This document shows positions 1 to 15,305 of a DNA stretch of 64,000 bases, piece by piece (within the stretch, counting starts at the first letter, position 1; every line of letters begins with the position of its first letter). The position numbers and the translations under genes were made by a program. The notes below the pieces were generated by a model, which ran no database searches, was not told the DNA's origin, and saw only the letters and a list, made by a program, of their open reading frames with translations. The stretch lies in the NCBI GenBank assembly GCA_012295275.1, contig CM022673.1, positions 12,834,001 through 12,898,000 of the forward strand, read 5' to 3'. Source of the DNA: Chrysomallon squamiferum. Taxonomy: Eukaryota > Animalia > Mollusca.

Positions 1-1765
1 AAGCAGAATATTAAATATTAAATAAACAAATAAATTTAATAATCCATACAATCTTTAAAAACATCTAAATGTGATAAAAAAAACCATTTACTTTTCACTT
101 TCAACAGCTATTGTAATTTAAAAATCCAGATTTGATAACAGAATCACAGAAGTATGGACATCCGACACAACTATATTTCTATTAAACAAATATGAAAGAA
201 ATTTTCTAAAACATCCACAACTGATAAAGAATTAAATGCAGAATGTCACATTTGTTTAAAAAAAACTCATCTGTGACAGAATCATGAAACTGTGGACACC
301 AACAACTACAGGGTCACAAGTCACCTGTTTTCAATAACATCAACAACAGCAGCACTGAACAGTTACAGCATATACGTTATCAGCTCAACTGAAATGAAAA
401 TCCCCATGCAGTGACGGAAACACAAAAACACTGACAGCAGCAACTACACTATCCCGCTCTCCTGTTACAGAATGTTCTACCACATCCACTGCGATGGCAC
501 CAACTCAGAATGAATGCCAGAGCAGGCAGCAGCTACCTGTTTTAAAACCACAGTCACTTAAATACGGATCAATAGCCGGTCATCTGCTACCTCTAGCTCA
601 GTGAACAATCCTGTACAGAATTCACAGTTAGATGTAACATACTGACTTTTAGCTATCATCTCAATGCAGGTAATTAAAACAGGATAACCTGAGTTTTACA
701 TGGGTGAGAAATAACCACAGGAAAACATATGAATTCATAAACAAGAGTTGTTGTTGTTGTTGCTGTTTATAAATAAATAGCATAAATATATAAATAAGTA
801 TTGTAAGTTAATAAATAATAGAAAAATAAGTAAATAAATATGAAAAAAATTAATAAATAAATAACAAATAAGTAAGTAAGTAAATAAACTGATGTATAAC
901 TAAATATGTAAGTAAATAACTAAACAAATAAATAATAAAATATTATCTAAATAAAAAAATAAAAAAATATATAAATAAATAAACAGAAATAGAATCATAT
1001 TCTAATCTTTTTGAGTGTTATGAACAAAAATTATATAACTAAATATTGGGAAAAGTATAAAAAAGAGAATGTATAGATGTGTGTATATTTATGAGTTACT
1101 GTTTATGTATTTGTGTTTGCATGTATGTATATATCAATATATATATATTTGTAAGAATGTAGATATACATATGCATATCTGTGTGCTTGTATGTAAATGT
1201 TTGTGTGTGCATGTATATATGTGTATATGTATGTATGTATGTATCTACATATGTATGTGTGTTTGTATATATCTATAAATGTATTTATATAAGCATATAT
1301 ATTTATCTGTATATTATACTTATCTATACATATATGTATTTCTATCAATTTATTTGTATACGTAAATATATCTGTTTTTCTTCATATCTGTGCACACAAA
1401 CACACACACACATACATATATATTATATGTATGTATGTATATTTATCTTTGTATATATATAATCTGTTTATCTACTAGGTATATATATATATAAATATGT
1501 ATATCTCTGTATTGTAAATAGTGATAATCACATATTTGTAACTGTTAAAGAAGACGTGACAAACAAAGTGTTACATCTTCAGGTTAATTAACTGTTTTAT
1601 TTATAAACATTTACCTGAAATGTCTCCCCAGGTAAAACTAGATGTTAATTAGTACATGATCATAAACACAGGCTCAGTCTATAAAAAGAAACCATCAAAA
1701 TAAGTGAGGACTGTAAAGAGCAAAACTGAATCTTTGAAATGTTTTTATTTGAATCTTTTATAAAT

Positions 1766-1870
1766 TTATTTTATTTATTTTATTTTATTTTATTTTATTT
1801 TATTTTATTTTATTTTATTTTATTTTATTTTATTTTATTTGTTTTATTTTATTTTATTTTATTTTATTTT
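1766..1870. repeat. (TTTTA)n microsatellite
   Basis: Direct. Confidence 0.95.
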
Positions 1871-1993
1871 GATTGGTTATTTAACCTTTTTTTTTTTATT
1901 TGGTATTAATTTTATATATAAAAATAACTAAATAATATATAATAAAACAAATGAATGAAAATAAATAAATATGTGTGTGTGTTAATTTTTTTA

Positions 1994-2036
<43 letters not shown>

Positions 2037-2849
2037 TACATCATTTTTCTTTGAATTTGTTGTTTGTTGTCATGGTAACATTTGAATACATTCTATCAGT
2101 CTAATTACTGTGATTTTTTTTTTTTCTTAATAATTATGAGACTACAAATGAATTTTTTGATCAAATTAGGTTATTTCAGGAAGACTTGGCTAATCATAGT
2201 TTTCCTATTTTATTTCTGATAAAGAGAAAAAAAAAGCACTCAGTGGAAATCTAGAAAGAGTGTAACAAAAATGAAAGAACTCAAGTTTGTTGGGGAGGTA
2301 ATTAAATTAGCTTCCTGTTTTTAGAGTTATCTTCCCTAATATTACCTTAAATAATGGTGCATAATGACATCTTTGAAGTGAAACTAAACATCAAATAAAA
2401 TAATAAAGAAGTGATGAAATAATTTTGTGTTTGGTAAAGTTATTTTAAATACTGGACCAATTTGCTGGAGTTGATTTATATTTAAATATTAAATCAGTAA
2501 TTCTCAGCAGAGGCATTAACTTCAGTTCCATGATCAGTATAAAAATCAGTTTAGATGGCATCAATCTAGAAAATTATTTGAAAAGCGGTTTTCCAAAAAG
2601 AAAAAAAGAAAATTTAAAACCACTGTATTGAACCAATATAACAAATTTATTTATTTATTATTTCATTTAATTAATTAATTTATTTTTATTTATCGGTTTC
2701 TAATTTTATTTGTTTTATTTATTAAAATTATTTTATTTTTTTTATTTATTTTAATGATTTTATTTTTTTTATTTTTTTTATTTTACGAATTTATCTACTT
2801 ATTATTATTATTTATTTTATTTATTCATTCATTTACTGAAATCTGATGA

Positions 2850-2995
2850 AGGAAATATGTTAATACCACATTCCTTGGACTACTCCTATTTTTTAACAGC
2901 AAGGGATCTTTTATAACCTGTATACCTTCCCACATACAGAAAAGAAAAAGATAATAACCAAAATTATCTTAGACACTGCAGTTATAGCCCACTCA
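2850..2995 (-). mobile_element. Deu/Nin-domain SINE fragment
   Basis: CTACTCC...AACAGCAAGGGATCTTTTATA...CCTTCCCACATACAG. Confidence 0.65.
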
Positions 2996-3312
2996 CTCAC
3001 TAGAATGGAAAGTAACTTGGTAGGTACACCAATGAGGACAGATCCCACAATTCATTGCTTCTGAATGACATCCAGTATCAAACAACCATAACTTGTTTTT
3101 TATGACAAGCTGTGGACTTAAACTTAAATAAATGATGAAAAACAAAAATTCTGCGTCCAAAATTTGAAGACAATAAATCATGAGAATAAACAAAACAGTT
3201 ATCGTGGTATTTGGAAAATAATTTTTTATGAGCTTTTAAGTGAGAGATAGTGTGTGGCAAGGCTTCGAAAAAAATCATATTGTTACTTCTGCAAATAGTT
3301 TAGAGTGAGTTA

Positions 3313-3313
<1 letters not shown>

Positions 3314-3410
<97 letters not shown>
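3314..3410. repeat. (GT)n then (GA)n microsatellite
   Basis: Direct. Confidence 0.95.
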
Positions 3411-5958
3411 CTGGAACAGAATGATAAACAAAAAAAAAAGAGATAAAATTGAGAAATGATAAAAAGATTGAGATACTGAAAGAAAGAGAAAAAGTGAGAT
3501 AAACAATGTGAGAGACATAAAAGAGATGAACAGAGAGAAAAAATAACTTAGAAAAATGAAGAGATTATAGAGTGGAAGAAAAGAAACAAAAAAGAAAGGC
3601 AGACTTTGAGAGTTAATGACAAAAAGAGTTACCAAGAAGAATAAGAAAGAGGAAAGAGAGGTTAAAGCAGAAAATAACTGACACAGAGAGAGATGACAGA
3701 CTTAGTGTAATGAAAAAACAAATACCTCATTCTTTTGTCTATTGCCAGGAAAATTATTATCACATTAGTAAAGCAGGAGAAAAAATTACCAGATCCATTT
3801 AGATTCAAATTTAATCACACTGGTCAAAAAGTAAGAAAAGTAATTTCATTCTGGATTACTGGATTTTTTGGTGCAGAGGAAAAAAAAAAGGGAAAAAGAA
3901 AGGTTAAATTGAAAGAAAAGAAAATGGATAATACATCAACTTAAAAAAAAAAAAAATAAAAAAAAATAAAAAAAGTCAGTGGTTTAGTTTTAAATATAGA
4001 AATTATTTTTTATTTTTTTTTTTTTTTCGTAAGAACATTTTTTATTTTTAAAGCATTTATACAGTACTACATTTACTTGACAGCACATTTACTAAAACAG
4101 AATTAAAAATTTATAAATATGACATTTTAAAAATGTTTCAACTGTAAATTGAATTTGTAGATCTCGTTTTGGGAGGGAGCTCTCGTTTTGGGAGGGAGCT
4201 CCAGTATCGTGTTAAACTGATGTCATCTAAAATTTAATTTAAACACATAGTTAAAAAAATTATATTGAACTTGCACAAAGCCATGAGGCAGGTAATTTCA
4301 ATTTGGCAGACGCGTTTGTTTCCGAGAGAATGGCAATGGAAAAAAATAAAGGTTTCAGAACAAAATGGATACAACTTTAAAAAGACTAAAATAGAACCTG
4401 TGACTATTTCATGACGCTAATTCAATTCAGAAGTCTCAATGGGGAACAGTTGCTAAAATAATTTTTATTTCAAATGAAAAAATTATGTCAACGAAATTAG
4501 ATGATGATGATGATGATGATTATGATAAGATAAAACAGTGGAAATAATATCAGTAACAACAATAATGATAAAAACAACAATAACAGTAATTATTATTTTT
4601 ATATCTACAACAACAATCATAATAAATAATAAATAACTATAATTATAATAATAACAAAACAATAATAAATAGCAACAACAACAGTAATAGTAATAGTGAA
4701 AATAATAATAATAATAATAAACTATCTAACAATTAAATAACAAAAGGAAATTTTACATTACATTTTAATAAATAAAGATAAAAAAAAGACAAATTTAAAA
4801 TAAAGAAATTACATTACTACACAGCACCATGAAGAAAAAGAAAAACAAAATTATTCTGATTCCTGAAATTTAATCAAATTTTTTAAGATGAAGATTACGA
4901 AAATACATTTTTTCATAAAGATTCAAATATTTTGTTTTCTTTTTATGAGATTATGCCTATCATTTTTTTTTTAAGAATATCTAAGCTAATGAATGTCTGT
5001 TTAAGAATTTCTATTAAAATGTTTATTCTTAATTAGTTGTCAAGTTCTTTTCAGTTTTCATTAATTCATACACTGATACATAAAAAAACTCAATATACAT
5101 ACAAAAACATACATAAAAACATAAATCTTAAAAAATTAAATATATACACTAAAACCCATATATTGTTTAATACATGTATAAATGAATCCACAAAAACATT
5201 CAAATCTTTTTACACACACACACACATGCACACACACACACACGCACACACACACACACACAAACACATTCCAGAACTTTTCCACAAAGGTTAAAAACAA
5301 GTTACGTAACAGGAAAAAGAAAAAAAATGCTTCCAGTTTTAATAGATAAAAGCAATTAAAATCAACTAACTAAGTGAAGAAATCTTTGAATAAATACTGG
5401 AACATTCAAAAAGCTACGAACATCTGCAGGTTCTGGCAAAATCACTAACATGCCACAAATTTACATCCATGTCAGGAGTAACGTCATTAAAGTGCCGCAA
5501 ATTTCCGTTGACGACCGTACACCGATTTTTCTAATTCCTAATAATAATGGTGAAGATGTCTGCTGTTGTCAGTTGAAATTAATTTACAGTTTGAAGAAAT
5601 TACCTGTCACTTAGCCAGTCAGGCTTCGACAATTGGATCGCTTTCTGTTTATGACGACCAATTACAAGTTTCCACATGGTGCTAGGGCCAGTAACCGCAG
5701 TAATAGCATTCACATAGTGGAGACATTTTTTAATTAACATTCAGCGATCTTTTTAGTATTAATGTCAATGATGTTTTAATTCATGGGTTTATAAAATGAG
5801 TAAATATTATTTTCTTTTTCCAAGGATGTATAAGTTATGTTTTAATCAACTGTTTTATACAATAACTGGGTGAAAGAAAGATATATTTTGTTTAAAACTG
5901 AGCTTATACAAAGGCTTATGGAATAAAGTTTTGATCCACGGGTTTGAAAAACATATGA

Positions 5959-6005
<47 letters not shown>

Positions 6006-7671
6006 GGACTTACATGTTATATTTTAATCAAATGTAATAAAAAGGGCAAAATATTTTATTTAAAACAAAGCGTATTTTTTAAAGATATAATATTATTCAA
6101 TAAAATTTTAATAAATGTGTTTATAAAAGGTAGATAAAAATATATTTTATTTAAAATTCAACAAATTTTTAAATGCTAAATGAACCATTTTAATCTTTCC
6201 TTTTAAAGAAAAAAAAATATTATATTTAAAACTGACATAATTTTAATGACATAACATTTCATTCTTTGGTTATAGAGAAAAAGGAAAAATGTTTTATCTA
6301 AAACTGAATATATTTTTTCAGAAAATTTCTTAATCTTTGGTTTTAATGAATGTATATGTATATATATATACACATATATCCACACATTTTCTCCAACCAC
6401 ATACCTTTGGTAAACTGATCATCATAAAAGTCACTTTAAGAATGTTTTATTCCATTTCCAATTTTAACTTTTTTTTTATCTGTTTGCTTTTTTTCAATTG
6501 TATCTGAGATAAAATACAGAAGATTTAAAGAGGAAATATAAAGACATAAAGCTGAAAATAATTAATTACAAATGAAATAAAAAAAATGTTATGTTAATTT
6601 AAATTAAATTTAAAATAAATCTAAAATGATTTAAATTGAATCTAAAATCATTTTCATTAATTTTTATATTAATCTAATTAAGTTAATTTAAAGATAATCT
6701 AAATTAAATTAAAAACGATTCAAATTAAATAGAAATTAATTTAAACTGAAATAAAATGTAAATAAAACACTGCTATAAACAGGCATGGAGAAGGTAATCA
6801 ATATGATGGAGACAGAAATGTATGAGTGGAGTTAGTAGTGGTAACAGTTTAACAGCAGCCAATAACTGTGTTTGTTTTCATTTTCCTCTTGATTTCACAA
6901 ATCCATCAATACTGATAATTGTGTTCACACTCACTGTAAGATTACATTTGCCAACAAAACATAATCAAAATAGTATACTGATAAACAAAAGTTCAGGAAC
7001 ATCAAAGTTGGTCATATTCAAATATAGCAGATGAAATGTATAGCATCTGTTAGATAATCCCATTATTAAAATATATAAAGTTAAGCAATAAAATATCATA
7101 GGAAAACAACACTAATTTTTTATTTGTCACAATTACAATTCAATTCTTGATATTTTTGTTATAGCAGATTTTCCATTATGGCATGCAATGATATCTTTTC
7201 TACAATAAACTTTTTTTTTGATTATTATGTAATTTTTGCATTCTTTTTTCTTACCACATTTTTTAAAGTATTTTTGATAAAAATGTTTTTCCATTATTTT
7301 TAATATATATATAACTTCTATTTATCTTATATCATTTTTTTTTTTCACATAATAAATGTTTTTTCATTTGTTTTATCTAATACCTATTATCTGTTTGATT
7401 TGGGTTACACTGTATCAGAGTAAAAATGATCTGAGTGTGTTTAGGTTGAGATACATCAAAGTATGATGTATACAATTCTCATTTTGCTTGAGAAGTTTCT
7501 CATGTTCTGTGAGAATCAATGAAGGAAGGAAATAGGAACAACTTCCTGTAACAGATGATCTGTGATTATCAAGACTATTGTGTATGAGATGTTATATTAA
7601 ATACAAGATATGTATGTGTATATAAAGAAAAACAGATGGATAGGTTTACATATACAAAAACAAATACAAAT

Positions 7672-7820
7672 ATATACCAGCAGTAACACATATGTACACA
7701 ATATTATTTCATATATTTATATATCTAGATAGAAAGATATATAGATTTAAATACAGACATAGACAGATACCAGCAATGACAAGTATGTACACAATATTAT
7801 TTCATATATTTATATATGTA
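7672..7820 (+). repeat. Short tandem duplication (~93-bp period)
   Basis: ATACCAGCA..TATGTACACAATATTATTTCATATATTTATATAT is present twice. Confidence 0.8.
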
Positions 7821-7981
7821 TATCTATATATCTATTTAGAAAAACACACATACACACACACACACACATGCACAGAGATATCTATCTATCTATCTATATA
7901 TATATATATAGTTACAGATCTACACACAGACACATACACATATAAATACATACATACAAACATACACACACACACATACAA

Positions 7982-8056
<75 letters not shown>

Positions 8057-8744
8057 ACTTATATCTGATGTACATATCCCCATGTTAAATTGTTTTTACA
8101 CAACAATTATCTGTGGCAAGCTAATGTTAGCACTTAATTACTGCACTTTTCTGAGCTGCAATATTTTCTTTTGTTAGTCACTAAAACTCTCCTCTTTTAC
8201 TGACAGTTTATGACTTTCCACAGATGTTGTTACCTTGGCAACCATCTGATTTCTATTTTTCTCTAATGAATAGCATTAAGTACTTTATGTCTACTTAAGT
8301 GAAAATAACTCTTAGTGAAAGTTTACTGACATCACTAGAGCACCTAAGTTAATTTCAAGCTATTGGATGTCAAGCATTTTGTCAATAACATTATTTTTTA
8401 TATTTAATATTTTTAAAAATATTTTTTAATATTTTTTAAAATTTATTTATTTGTTTTTTTATTATTCATTCATTCATTTCTGATAAAAACTTTTCAGACA
8501 AAAGCTGATTAATGTTTTTTTTATTAGCAGCAAGTGATTTTTTTAACACCTTCTCATTTTCAGGATAACATATTGTCTCTTATTTGATAAAATTATAAAC
8601 AGTAACACAGAATGAAGTAGCAAATATTTATTAAACAGTGTCTCAAAACATTTTAGTATCAGCAATAATTTAGTGTCAAATATATTTCTTCTTTATAAAT
8701 GATAATATGAGAAATAAAACCACTAATGTGTTGACTATTCATTA

Positions 8745-8880
8745 ATTAGCATCAAGTGACCATCCACAGCAACCTTCCCCAAAACAGTAATATATGTGCA
8801 TTAAAAAGCATGGGCATGGGCTAGAACAGGAAATATTTCATAGTAGGAACTGGGAAAGGTTGATCCTGTGTTCTCCCACC
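8745..8880 (-). mobile_element. Highly decayed Deu/Nin-domain SINE
   Basis: ATTAGCATCAAG...CAACCTTCCCCAAAACAG...GGCTAGAACAGGAAATA...GGTTGATCCTGTG. Confidence 0.4.
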
Positions 8881-9254
8881 AGTATTTTAGCAATGTGTTT
8901 ACCTAACTTATACAGTAAGAATAGTTTAGTTCAACACTTTTTCTGATTTACTCATTTAGTAAGAAGTTAGCTCAAAGCTTATAGCTGTGCATGTTTACAA
9001 CCTTTCTCTCTTGCAGTTTTTCAGTGGGTGTCCAAGAACACGATTAGGAAGTAATCTGAGATTAAATAAATCAGAAATGAACAACGAATATCTGACATTT
9101 TACTTGATAACCCAGAAACCAGAATCGAGAATGGACAAATATTTAATTTTAATAATGTGCTGATAATGTGCATAGCAATTAGTGAATGCTAAAGTAAAAT
9201 AAGTTTTGTAAATTTGTTTATTAATTGCAAGAACTGTATTAACAAACAAGTTGT

Positions 9255-9470
9255 TACTCTGTATGTGTTTTCAGTTCTGTAGGCAGGTAGATAAAACAGA
9301 TTCCTTGCTGCTAATCAGTAAGGAATAACCTACATGCTTTCACTCTCTACGATATTTCCCATTCCAGATAGTGTTTCAAAACTTATTAATAATATTTTCC
9401 TGTCTGTGGGTGGGTAAATACAAAAATCACTTGATAATAGTAACCTATGCAACAGTACCAGTGAGTTGCC
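9255..9470 (+). mobile_element. Two adjacent Deu/Nin-domain SINE fragments
   Basis: GATTCCTTGCTGCTAATCAGTAAGGAATAACC (~9299) and TATTTCCCATTCCAG...TCCTGTCTGTGGGTGG (~9353-9415). Confidence 0.6.
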
Positions 9471-10319
9471 TTGTTTATATATTTTCAATTCCAGAGAGAG
9501 TTTCAGAATTTATCTTTGTTATGCATTTCTCAATTTGTGGGAACATGCATATTAAAATATAAATCTTGCTGCAAAACATTTTCCAGAATAATGTACAGTT
9601 AATTCATGCTTAGATTTCTACTGTGGTTTTACAATAGTTTATCAATTTGGCTACATTTCAGTTTAAACAATATCTAGTTTATTAATGATAGAATTCAAAT
9701 AAACAGCATAAATAACAAATTATTGAATCCCACTCCTAAACGTGAACATACTACTGTGTATGCTGTTAATATTGGTTATCAGATGCAATCTGTTCACATT
9801 GCTAAACAAACTCACATTTATTCTCTGTCTCAGATCAGAGGAAACAAATCAGTGATGTAGTTTAAATGTAATATGTTACAGACACCAGTCTATTCTGACA
9901 GACAGACAGACACACAGAGGAAATGAACTGTGATAAATCAAACTGATGAAATAGATTCTCGTGATCAAATTCTAATTAATTTTTTTTCTTTTTCTTTTTA
10001 TAGATTTTTTTTTTTTTTTATGTTTAAATAAAAGTTTTGTTAAAAAAGAAAGAAAATAATAATAATAATAAAAGTAATGTGGTAGATTTTTTAAAAACTG
10101 GTTGATAAACAGTACTATAAAAAAGAATATTTTTCATGTCATCAATTTATTAAACATAATAATGAACATCTACTACCATGAACAACATCATTCTCTTCAT
10201 TATGATGATTACCACTATAATGAACATCATCATCACCATTCCATCATCACTGCCACTACCACCAGTATAATTATCAACATCATCATTAATATTAATTTGA
10301 TTTGTTATTGTTGTTTTTG

Positions 10320-11600
10320 TAGCAGACATGGTACTGGTAGTAGTAGTTTTATTGTTGAAATTGTAGTAGTAGTAGTTGTAATAATAGTAATAGTAGAGGG
10401 AACAGTGATAATATCAGTAATAGTAGGAATAGAAATAACAACACCATAAGATTTACAGTAGTAGTTTTTGTAATAGTTTTAGTAATAGTAAAAGAAAAAA
10501 TAGTCTTTGTAATAGCAGCAGAACAACAGTAGTAGTATAGAAGTAGCAGCAATAGTAATATAGTAGTAGTAGTACTAGTAGTAGAGGTAGTACTAATAAA
10601 AGTACTACTATGTTAGTACTAATAGTACTAATATAGTAGTAGCAGGAGTACTAGTAGTAGAAGTAGTAGCAGTAGTACTAGTAATAGCAGTAGTAGTCGT
10701 ATTAGTAGTAATAGTAGTAATTCAATTATAATGAACTCAGATTACTACATTTTCATTATCTTTTCCCACTGCTACGATCAATATTATCTTTGCAACTGCA
10801 AAAATGGAAAATAATCAAGTCTGAATATTCAGAGAACTACTCAACAGATGTCATCTGACAATCAGATAAATGGTGTTGTCACTGCTGGTGTTGTCAGAGC
10901 TGGAATCTTCTCTGCATGAGTTGAATAGTAATGTGACAAAATGACGTAAATCAGACCTTTAATGAACAACAGACAACAGTGTGATGTATTAACTTCAGTG
11001 ATTTACCAGCAGGAGATTTTTATTATCAGAACATTTGTATTCTGGATGTCCCAGGGATCAGTCCCCACTGGAATTTTGTCATGTTCCAACCATGGTCTAG
11101 AATTTAGTTTATCAAAGATTATGAAAGGGTTGTGATGCCTTTGGGAAAGTGTTTTAAAACATACCTTGCTGAAAAGAGGACACAAAGTTGTGGATTTCTG
11201 TTAATGGTTGTATGTTTGACTTTAGCATAAGACATTTTCGATATTCTAGTGTTGACAATAGAAAATCAGATAATGTGCTCTAGGATTAGAGGTAGTAGTG
11301 GCAGCTGTGGTAGTACTAGTACTAGTAGTAGGAGTAGTAGTAGTAACAACAGTAGTAGTAGTGGTAATAGTAGAGTGGTGGTGATAGTAGTAGTAACAAT
11401 AGTAATAGTATTAATTGTAAAACTGGCAATAGTAATAGTAGTGGTAGTAGTAGTAATAATAACAGTAGTAGTGGTAATAGTAGTAGTAGTAATAATAACA
11501 GTAGTAGTGGTAATAATAGTAGTTAGCAATAGTAATAATAAAATACTAGTAGTGGTAGTAGTAGCAATAATAAAATGTAGTAATAGTAATTGTAACAGAA
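10320..11600. repeat. Two degenerate (TAG/TAA)n tracts (10320-10720, 11290-11600)
   Basis: Direct; source of poly-Val/Thr/Leu ORFs. Confidence 0.9.
11040..11200 (+). mobile_element. Deu/Nin-domain SINE fragment including head region
   Basis: GGGATCAGTCCCCACTGG...GTTCCAACC...ATCAAAG...TGGGAAAGTGTTTTAAAACATACCTTGCTGAAAAGAG. Confidence 0.55.
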
Positions 11601-12219
11601 TAGTTCTAATGATTGTAGCATAAGGAACACAGTTCTAATGATGTCTTTAAACAAACATTTGACTTCCAGTAACTGATGACACAGAATTAATCAGTGTGTT
11701 CTAGTGATGCTGTTAAACAAATATTTGTCAGAAAATTAATGAAGTTGCTACAAAGGAGCATCTAAAAGAAAACAAACTTTTGTCTCTTTTAGACTCTGGA
11801 AGCAAACAATTACCCAGAGATGTCACAGAGTTAATTGCTAGAAGAAGTGAAATACACATACATCTGACTGTAGTGCAAGACATTTCATCTCCATGTTAAC
11901 TTTCAGAATTAAAAAATAGACTTTTTAGGGCGACATCATTTTCTTTACCAGATCACATGCATTGCTTTGACAGTGTGTTTCTGTGAGGTGACATTTCAGA
12001 CGTGACCAATTCTGAAAATGGGAAGAAGCTAATTTTAAGAAACGTGTGTGTTTCGACATATTATAAATATTTAATAGTAGTATTCTGTTGTGTGGAGATA
12101 TCTGATGTGAAGAACACAACACAATCAGTCATGTTGTAGATAATTTAATCTTTTAGGAGCAAGCATGATTTTGTCATGTTTATTCTGTTGATTCACCTTA
12201 AATTTTTCTATTTCTTCTT

Positions 12220-12287
<68 letters not shown>

Positions 12288-12689
12288 CACCCTCCCTCCA
12301 GCTCTGCCTATCTCACTCTCTAATGCAGATTAATCTCTGCCACACACAAATTCACAAACACTGGATTTAACATCTTCAGCTGGTTGGCTTTAATTGCCAT
12401 TTGCAAGATTGAATAGCAGCATCCAATTATTGCTTAGATTAACATCCTGTGCAGGGAACAATGACATTTTCACAAGGAAAAAGTGACCTTCAGGAAAGTC
12501 CTGACTGCCTCATCAAACACTCAGAAGCTGTTTTACAGTTAGCAGTTTTTGTGACCAGGCTGAGAAAAAGAAGAAAAAAACGTTAATTATTCTACACTGT
12601 ATTAACACTGCAGATTTTCCTCTTAATAATGTAGAAAGAAAAACAGCTTTTTACTTTCTTGAACCATTTAATGTTTGTTTTTGATGTGT

Positions 12690-12829
12690 TTTCTCTTTCT
12701 CTCTCTTTTCAGCCTATCTCTATCTCTTCCTGTCTCTCTATCTATGTTTCTCTCTTTTCTGTCTTTCTCCCCTTTCTCTTCTTTCTTTTTTTCTCTCTCT
12801 CTCTCCCTCTTTCTTGCTCTCTGTCTCTC

Positions 12830-12891
<62 letters not shown>

Positions 12892-13290
12892 ACGTTTTCT
12901 CTTCCTCCTTAACTTTTTCCCACTCTTTTTTCTCTGCCTATTTTTCTCTTTTTCTCTTTCACTATTTATTCCACTCTGCCTATAAAATTTGCCATAACAT
13001 CCTGCCAGGCTTAGCACTAAATCAACAGATTTCTCTGAGAAATCATGTGAACCGGAGAAAGAGAGGGAAAGAAAGAGTGTATAGAGAAAGAAATAGAAAG
13101 AAAGAAAAATATGAGAGAGAGAGAGAGAGAAAGTGTCAGAGATACAGAAAGAGAGAAAGAGAAAAAGAAAGAGAATGACAGAGAGAGAAAGAAAGAGAGA
13201 GGATGAGTCTGAAAGAAGGAAAGAAAGAAAGAAAGACACAGAATGCAAGAGAAAGAGAGACACAGAAACTAGAAAGGAAAGAGATATTCA
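12690..13290. repeat. Pyrimidine (CT)-rich tract followed by purine (GA)-rich tract
   Basis: CT-rich 12690-12960, GA-rich 13055-13290. Confidence 0.9.
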
Positions 13291-15274
13291 AACAAACAAA
13301 AGTAAAGAAAAATAATTTAAACTATTTGTTATTGAAAATATTTCCACAACATCTAATTTATTACAATAAAAAACATAATATAATTCTGTTGGTATTTTCT
13401 AAAAATATAAAATCAATATTTTTAAGTAAAAGCCAACATAAAAGACTTTGACCTTTTTAACATTGTTGTTCCAGATTTTATGTCCTAAACGAGCTCTTTC
13501 ATATCCGATTGTTTCACCTTGTAGTCCTGACTCTGATTTTTTTTTTTTTCCCCTCTGTTCCTGGTTTCTTCAAACACACTGAACCTTTAACCATGTTTAT
13601 TCATTGCATTAGTGTGCATGATTTAATGCAGGAGAAATTAAAACAACAGATATAACGGAAAAGTCAATATACCTTCTCCTTGCTGCATTTGTATTACGTC
13701 AAAAATGTATTTCTGTGCATGGAACTGCAGCAGCCAGATGTGTGATATGATTTGTTTTTTTAAATTTAATAATAGAAATTATAGAAATAGAAAGAAAGTG
13801 TATGTATTAAAAGTGATGACAGTGTATGTTGTGTGTCTGTGCATATGATGATTAGTGATGATGATTGTGTGTGTGTGTGTGTGTGTGTTTCTTGGTTGTT
13901 TCTTTTGGGTTTCTTTTATTATTATTATTATTATTGTATATGTGAGAATGTTTGTGTATGGATATACTTATAAATATGTATGTGTTTGTGTATGTAAGTA
14001 TTGGTGAATATGGTTTTCTTAGTCTATATACAAATATGTTTATCTTTTTATCTTTATTGCTGATGATTTTATAGAGCTACTATTATAGAGACAGAGAGGG
14101 ATAGAAAGAAAGAGAGAGACAAAGAGGGACACAGAGAGAAGAAAGAGAGACAGAGAAAGAAAAGCAAACATAGAGAGAGAGAAAAGAAGAAAATGAAAAC
14201 TATTATGAAAAGAAATTAACTGAAAAATTATAGATATAGAGAAAGTAATATACAAAATCATCATTTGTACTAGTAACCTTTTGTAAGAATTTTTAAATTT
14301 TCAAATTTTGTAAAACATCTTTGAGTCCAAACATAGAAAACTGATTTATAATCTGAAGTCCTTGTTATGAAGCTGTTGACTATTTGGTTGGTGAAGATTA
14401 TAATAAAAGTGAGTGAAATAAGCCTGGAGAGACTTGCCTTCATGTGTGATTAGATGTGAAAACAAATCCTCACACACAGAGTAAAATGTCTGACACACGT
14501 AAACAGCAAGTAATCAGTCTTGTGTATGTCTGTATGTGTGTGTCTTCATGTTTGTGTGTATGCCTGTGTGGTGTATGTGTATATGTGTGTTTGTATCTGT
14601 GTTTGTGTGTCTGTGTGTGTGTATGTGTATAGATGCGTATGTGTATGTGTTTGTATGTGTATATGTGGGGAAAACAAAGGGAAAGAGAGTTTTGGAACCA
14701 CAACAATGCTACAAAAATTAAAAATTAAAAATTAAAAAATTAAAAAATCTGACAACTAAAACCTTCAATTAAAAACAATTAAAAACTTTAAATCAATAAG
14801 GTCAAATAAAACTCATGGACAGACATTCACTCTTCTTCACATTCTCTATCATTACATTTTCCAAGTGCAGTAAAAAAATGCGATTTCCAGAATTCTGAAA
14901 TCCATTGAGAAAAAGTGATGACATTCAGCAATTCTGCCTTGTGGCTATTTTCATTATTACCTGTCACTGCTTCTGTCATTGTCAAGACATTTTTCCTCTG
15001 AGCATTTCTTGTTCAAATTAATTCAGCCAATTTTTAATGAACTTAGACACCAGATTTACTCAGATTGCTACAGAAAATATTTTTATTATCAAACATATCC
15101 TTTAATTTTAATGATAAGAAAGTAAATTCTGATTTACTTTTACTGTTGTAATGAACTTAAACACTAACTTTAACCAGATCACAACAGAAAGTATTTATAT
15201 AACTAAATATATATTTTTAATGATGATATGAAATGAGATACTGATTTTGTTTTACTGTTGTCTATTTGTCTGTT

Positions 15275-15305
<31 letters not shown>

